A stretch of DNA of 63,887 nucleotides, filler included, from a bacterium (GTDB lineage: Bacteria; JALSQH01): the NCBI GenBank assembly GCA_026985515.1. It is 10 parts of 10 records of this genome, joined end to end, with 100 filler letters (N's around TTAATTAATTAA, not from the genome) between each part and the next. Parts side by side here need not be neighbours in the genome. Positions count along the whole stretch, not along the records: positions 57,995 to 61,044 come from JALSQH010000129.1; positions 61,145 to 63,887 come from JALSQH010000147.1; 8 more parts are not named here. One strand, given 5' to 3'. The notes below the pieces were generated by a model. The model made no database searches. It worked only from the letters and a program-made list of their open reading frames with translations, and was not told the origin of the DNA. Each line of letters begins with the position of its first letter. Within the stretch, counting starts at the first letter, position 1. Below are positions 59,841 to 63,887 of the stretch, piece after piece. Both the position numbers and the translations under genes were made by a program.

Positions 59841-61044
59841 ATGGTAGATACCTCCAGAAAAGCGGTGTTATTGACCTTTCCAAGCCTGGATTTGAAGAAA
59901 CTACTTTAGCCCCTTCCTGATTTAAGAGAGTAGCAGTACCATTCCTAAAAACCACGACATAACCTGACGCGGGGGCATTTCCTGTTGTACCCACTGTCCG
60001 ACTGTTATTCTCAACAGCACCACCGTTACAATAGGAAATTTCATAGTTGTAACTTTCACCCTGTGGATTACATGGGTCGTTATTGGATGGTACAAAGGTA
60101 TGGAAGTAAAGCCGCTTATTGAACAACAGCATAGGGCTGACCATTTTTTCGCCTGTTTTTGTCAAGGTAATGTACCATCCAGTGGCTGAAGAATCTACAT
60201 TACCAGTATTAGCTTCATCGGTAACATCTACAAGATCATCATCCTGATAGGGTGAAGAAGGATCATCATCCAGTACTGCATACACACGATTTGTTAAATC
60301 TGTTCTTCTAATATTGGCTCTATCACCTGTTCCAAAATAAATTACAGGGCCAGATCTATCTGTCCAGCAGGAAGCCAGACTCAGCTGAGGCGCATAAAAA
60401 ACCCTGTGAGGTACAGAAGATGGAGAACTGGTAGATTGGAAAATTATCTTTCCATCTATGTCAACTACATTACCACTGTTATCATATGAAATATCAAATC
60501 TCCACATCCTGCCGCCAAGATCTCCCACGTATACAGTCTCGGGAGAATAGTTACCATCAAGGTCATAAACACCAAGTTTTGAAGCAATTGGAAACCTCAA
60601 ATCAGAATTATCTGAATATGTGTACTTTGCGATAACTTCACCAGTATCACCATCAACAATAAAAATTCCTCTCCCTGTTGAACCTGCTGATGGATCTGCT
60701 CCGTCAAATGCAGGATCATAACCACCCCCAAAGAAGATGAGAACACGCTTCCCCGCAGGAAACCGAGCTTTTACAACAACTGGAGTGGAAAAAGTTAACC
60801 CAATTTCTGAGTCAGAGATTGAAGTCACAATTTTCCAGTTGGCAGGATCTGGATCATTTATATCCATGATATAGTAAACATATCCGCCTCTTCGTTTTCC
60901 AAATATAAGCCTTTTCTCGCCAGATGTGGTGGTATAATAAATAACTGGAGCATCAACAAAGTACTGATGATCAGTAGGATGAAGAGCAAGGTCTTTTAGT
61001 TTCTCATAATCATCCGGCATAATAAATGCTGCAACTTCGTGACC
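59839..61044 (-). CDS. pilY1: Type IV pilus adhesin PilY1/PilC beta-propeller, 5'-truncated
   Basis: YFVDAP, GKRRGG, TFSTP, FFGGGYD, Ca loop DLDGNYSPETVYVGDLGGRMWRFD, YFGTGDR, GWYI.L..GEK. Confidence 0.88.
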   Translation of the reverse strand, partial: GHEVAAFIMPDDYEKLKDLALHPTDHQYFVDAPVIYYTTTSGEKRLIFGKRRGGYVYYIMDINDPDPANWKIVTSISDSEIGLTFSTPVVVKARFPAGKRVLIFFGGGYDPAFDGADPSAGSTGRGIFIVDGDTGEVIAKYTYSDNSDLRFPIASKLGVYDLDGNYSPETVYVGDLGGRMWRFDISYDNSGNVVDIDGKIIFQSTSSPSSVPHRVFYAPQLSLASCWTDRSGPVIYFGTGDRANIRRTDLTNRVYAVLDDDPSSPYQDDDLVDVTDEANTGNVDSSATGWYITLTKTGEKMVSPMLLFNKRLYFHTFVPSNNDPCNPQGESYNYEISYCNGGAVENNSRTVGTTGNAPASGYVVVFRNGTATLLNQEGAKVVSSNPGLERSITPLFWRYLP

Positions 61045-61144
61045 NNNNNNNNNNNNNNNNNNNNNNNNNNNNNNNNNNNNNNNNNNNNTTAATTAATTAA
61101 NNNNNNNNNNNNNNNNNNNNNNNNNNNNNNNNNNNNNNNNNNNN
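61045..61144. other. Artificial contig spacer
   Basis: N44-TTAATTAATTAA-N44. Confidence 0.98.
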
Positions 61145-61822
61145 TTCTGCACCGGTGAAGGCACCTTTCACATACCCGAAAAATTCACTTTCAAGAAGAT
61201 TTTCTGGAATGGCACCGCAGTTTACTGGCACAAAATTTTTGTTTCTTCTCGGACTGAGCTGATGAATTGCCCTTGCAATCAATTCTTTGCCGGTTCCGCT
61301 CTCACCCTCTATTAAAACTGTGGTCTTGTAAGGAGCAATTTTCTTAACAACTTCAAATATCTCCAGCATTGCCTTACTTTTTGCAATAATGTTGTCAAAG
61401 AAATATAAGTTCTCTTTTTTTTCCTCAAGCTGTCTGTTCCTCTCAAGAAGTTCTTCTCTCTCAAGTGCTCTGAGGGCTGCCTTCTGAATCATTTCAGGGG
61501 AAAGGGGTTTTGAGAGGAAATCGTAGGCATTTCGCTGAGCAGCTTCTATGAGAGTTGATTCGTCACCATACGCTGTGAATAGAATGAGGGTGGGAGGGTT
61601 TTCAAATTTGTTTATTTCTTCCAGCAGTTCCATGCCATCCATTTCAGGCATTCTGAGGTCAGAAAAAACAACTCTAATTTGAGGGTCTTCCTTTATTTTT
61701 TCAAGTGCTTCTCTTCCATTGGAAGCTTCTTCCACATCGGTTATTCCTGCCATTTTCAACGAGTGTTTGAAAAGGAGTCTTATATTTTCCTCATCGTCAA
61801 CTACAAGGATTTTTTTACTCAT
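61145..61822 (-). CDS. Sigma-54 response regulator (receiver + AAA+), N-terminal half
   Basis: [41 protein letters not shown] at the contig edge. Confidence 0.93.
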
Positions 61823-63603
61823 AGTGTCACCCTGAGGACTTCTTCAATGGTTGTTTCCCCGTTCAAAACCTTTTTTACACCTGCTACTTTAAGAGTTTGC
61901 ATACCTTTTTTCATGGCAGCTTTTCTTATTTCATCTTCGGGGGCCTTTGCGGCAATCAATTTCCTTATCTCATCATCCACCGGAAGAATTTCGAAAATGG
62001 CTGTTCTTCCAAGGTAACCTGTATATCTGCACTTACTGCAACCTTTTCCTCTGTAAACGGTTACTCTGGAATGCTCACCCCCTATCTTCACGCCCAGATT
62101 CCTGAATTCACCTGCCTCAACTTCGATTTTTTCTTTACAGTATGGACAGATTGTTCGAACAAGCCTCTGAGCCACCACACCTATCAGTGTAGATGCTATG
62201 AGAAAAGGCTCGATTCCTATGTCTATCAGCCTCGTTATGGCAGAGGGAGCGTCGTTGGTGTGGAGCGTGCTCAGGACCAGATGCCCTGTTAGAGCTGCCT
62301 GTATGGCATTGCGGGCGGTTTCGTAATCCCTTATCTCTCCCACCATTATGATATCGGGGTCCTGCCTCAGAATGTGTCTCAGAGCCTGAGCAAAGTCAAG
62401 GCCAACAGAAGGGTTTACATTGATCTGGTTGAATCCTTCATATACCATTTCAATGGGATCTTCAATGGTAATGATGTTCACTCCGGGGGAATCAAGTTTT
62501 TTGAGAACTGAGTAGAGAGTGGTGGTTTTCCCGCTACCTGTGGGTCCTGTGACAAGTATGATGCCATGAGTATGTTGTATAAATTTTTGAAATGTTGAAA
62601 GGTCTTTTCCTGAAAGCCCGAGTTCGTGAAGATCCTTGAACATAAATTTGGGGTCAAGTAATCTAAGAACCACTTTCTCTCCAAAGGCGACAGGCATCGT
62701 GGAAATTCTTATTTCCACTTCCCTGTCCCTGTATTTTGTTTTAAGTCTGCCGTCCTGGGGCTTCCTCTTCTCAGCGATGTCAAGTTTTCCTATTGCCTTG
62801 ATTCTGGCTACCATTGCATTGTGAACAACTCTCGGCACTCTGTATACAGTATGAAGCACTCCATCTATTCTGAATCTTATGATCCCCTCGTTTCGCTTCG
62901 GTTCCATGTGTATGTCGCTTGCCCTCTGATCCAGTGCGTACCTGAGCATGTAATCCACTGCATTTATTATGTAACTGTCTGTGGCTTCAAGTTCCCTATC
63001 AGCCCTCATTTTCACATATTGTTCAAGATTACCAAAATCGAAGGTTGAAGAAAGGCTTGAAGAAGCTTTTTCGACAGAGCTTCTGAATCCCATAAGGTCT
63101 CTGACTATCTTATCAATTTCCTTCCTGCTGCTCAGAACAAGCTTTATTTTCTTCTTGCTTGTATTGGCAAGAGTGGAAATTGCCTCCAGGTTGAAGGGGT
63201 TTGATGTTGCCACCACAAGATATTCCCCTTCTTCCCTCAAAGGAACCAGATTGTGTTTCCTTGCAAATGGTCTCGTGATATATTTTGAGGAAAAATTAAG
63301 ATCCAGCTTGACGGGATCTATCTTTTCATATGGTATGTTTAATTCTTCAGCTACAACTTTCAGTATCTCCTCTTCGCTCAGAGGTTTTCCCGTTAAACTG
63401 CTTTTTATGCCAGTTTCAGGGATGACTTCCCATGGGAGAGGTTCACCACCTTCATTTTCTTCTTTTATCCTCTTCAAAATCCTGGCTTTTGCAGAATCGT
63501 AGGTTACAAGAATTTTTCGAGCATCTTCTTCACTGATTAACCCCTTTGATTGAAGAATTGAAAGAATTTTTTCGGGATTTAGAAGATCAATTTCCTTTGC
63601 CAT
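61819..63603 (-). CDS. PilB/GspE-family pilus/type II secretion assembly ATPase
   Basis: [50 protein letters not shown] zinc motif. Confidence 0.95.
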   Translation of the reverse strand: MAKEIDLLNPEKILSILQSKGLISEEDARKILVTYDSAKARILKRIKEENEGGEPLPWEVIPETGIKSSLTGKPLSEEEILKVVAEELNIPYEKIDPVKLDLNFSSKYITRPFARKHNLVPLREEGEYLVVATSNPFNLEAISTLANTSKKKIKLVLSSRKEIDKIVRDLMGFRSSVEKASSSLSSTFDFGNLEQYVKMRADRELEATDSYIINAVDYMLRYALDQRASDIHMEPKRNEGIIRFRIDGVLHTVYRVPRVVHNAMVARIKAIGKLDIAEKRKPQDGRLKTKYRDREVEIRISTMPVAFGEKVVLRLLDPKFMFKDLHELGLSGKDLSTFQKFIQHTHGIILVTGPTGSGKTTTLYSVLKKLDSPGVNIITIEDPIEMVYEGFNQINVNPSVGLDFAQALRHILRQDPDIIMVGEIRDYETARNAIQAALTGHLVLSTLHTNDAPSAITRLIDIGIEPFLIASTLIGVVAQRLVRTICPYCKEKIEVEAGEFRNLGVKIGGEHSRVTVYRGKGCSKCRYTGYLGRTAIFEILPVDDEIRKLIAAKAPEDEIRKAAMKKGMQTLKVAGVKKVLNGETTIEEVLRVTL

Positions 63604-63685
63604 TTTCAACTAACATCTTAACTTAATTTGCCCTTTTTATCAACATCGTGCTATATTTTTATCAGATGAGGATGGAGGTAGGAAG

Positions 63686-63887
63686 GTGAGTAAGTTTTTT
63701 GGTATCTTATTTTTCGTAATAATTGCTCTTTTTCCCTATTGTGGTGAGGAGTCAGCTTCATTGAGTAGATCCATATCTAAACAGGTTATAACCACACGAC
63801 CTGAATTTCCGAGACCTGATCTTGAAAGGGATGAGTGGGTAAATTTGAATGGTCTCTGGTTTTTCAAGTTTGATCCTTATGATCTTG
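63686..63887 (+). CDS. Glycoside hydrolase family 2 N-terminus (probable lipoprotein), runs off the window
   Basis: GGAGG RBS, GTG start; MSKFFGILFFVIIALFPYC..RPEFPRPDLERDEWVNLNGLWFFKFD. Confidence 0.75.
   Translation, partial: MSKFFGILFFVIIALFPYCGEESASLSRSISKQVITTRPEFPRPDLERDEWVNLNGLWFFKFDPYDL

Noticed and set aside
1-63887. rRNA, tRNA, CRISPR arrays, transposases, integrases, inteins
   Set aside because: None recognised; intergenic spaces are very short and the rgy motif spacing leaves no obvious room for an intein.

Overview
The window is a pseudomolecule, not one locus. It holds ten contigs joined by nine artificial 100-nt spacers (N44-TTAATTAATTAA-N44), so gene neighbourhoods across spacers cannot be trusted. 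Contigs 2-10 look like a compact, AT-rich diderm bacterium with deltaproteobacterial/myxobacterial-style genes: lptCAB, glnD, maeB, gpsA, rpoN, an NtrC-family activator, PilB/GspE, PilY1, and OmpA-family beta-barrels. The strongest signal is a set of hyperthermophile markers that look archaeal in origin. (1) An Archaeoglobus-like reverse gyrase (3..2810, minus strand, missing from the ORF track because it runs off the window) sits behind an archaeal-type TATA box; this contig may be horizontally acquired or a bin contaminant. (2) An Archaeoglobus-like ino1 + IPCT/DIPPS operon for di-myo-inositol phosphate synthesis lies in a bacterial-looking contig, divergent from an IscR-like regulator. (3) A Pyrococcus-type short ferritin-like protein has no encapsulin nearby. 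Other points: a translationally coupled cluster of a Tat-lipoprotein phosphoesterase, a probable heteromeric acyl-CoA dehydrogenase pair and a gluzincin-Omp85 fusion; two sigma-54 promoters in front of exported proteins; a frameshifted FecR gene; several probably leaderless genes; and two genes that can be rejoined across assembly gaps. I saw no rRNA, tRNA, CRISPR array or IS element. Family calls come from motif recognition and recollection, not database searches.
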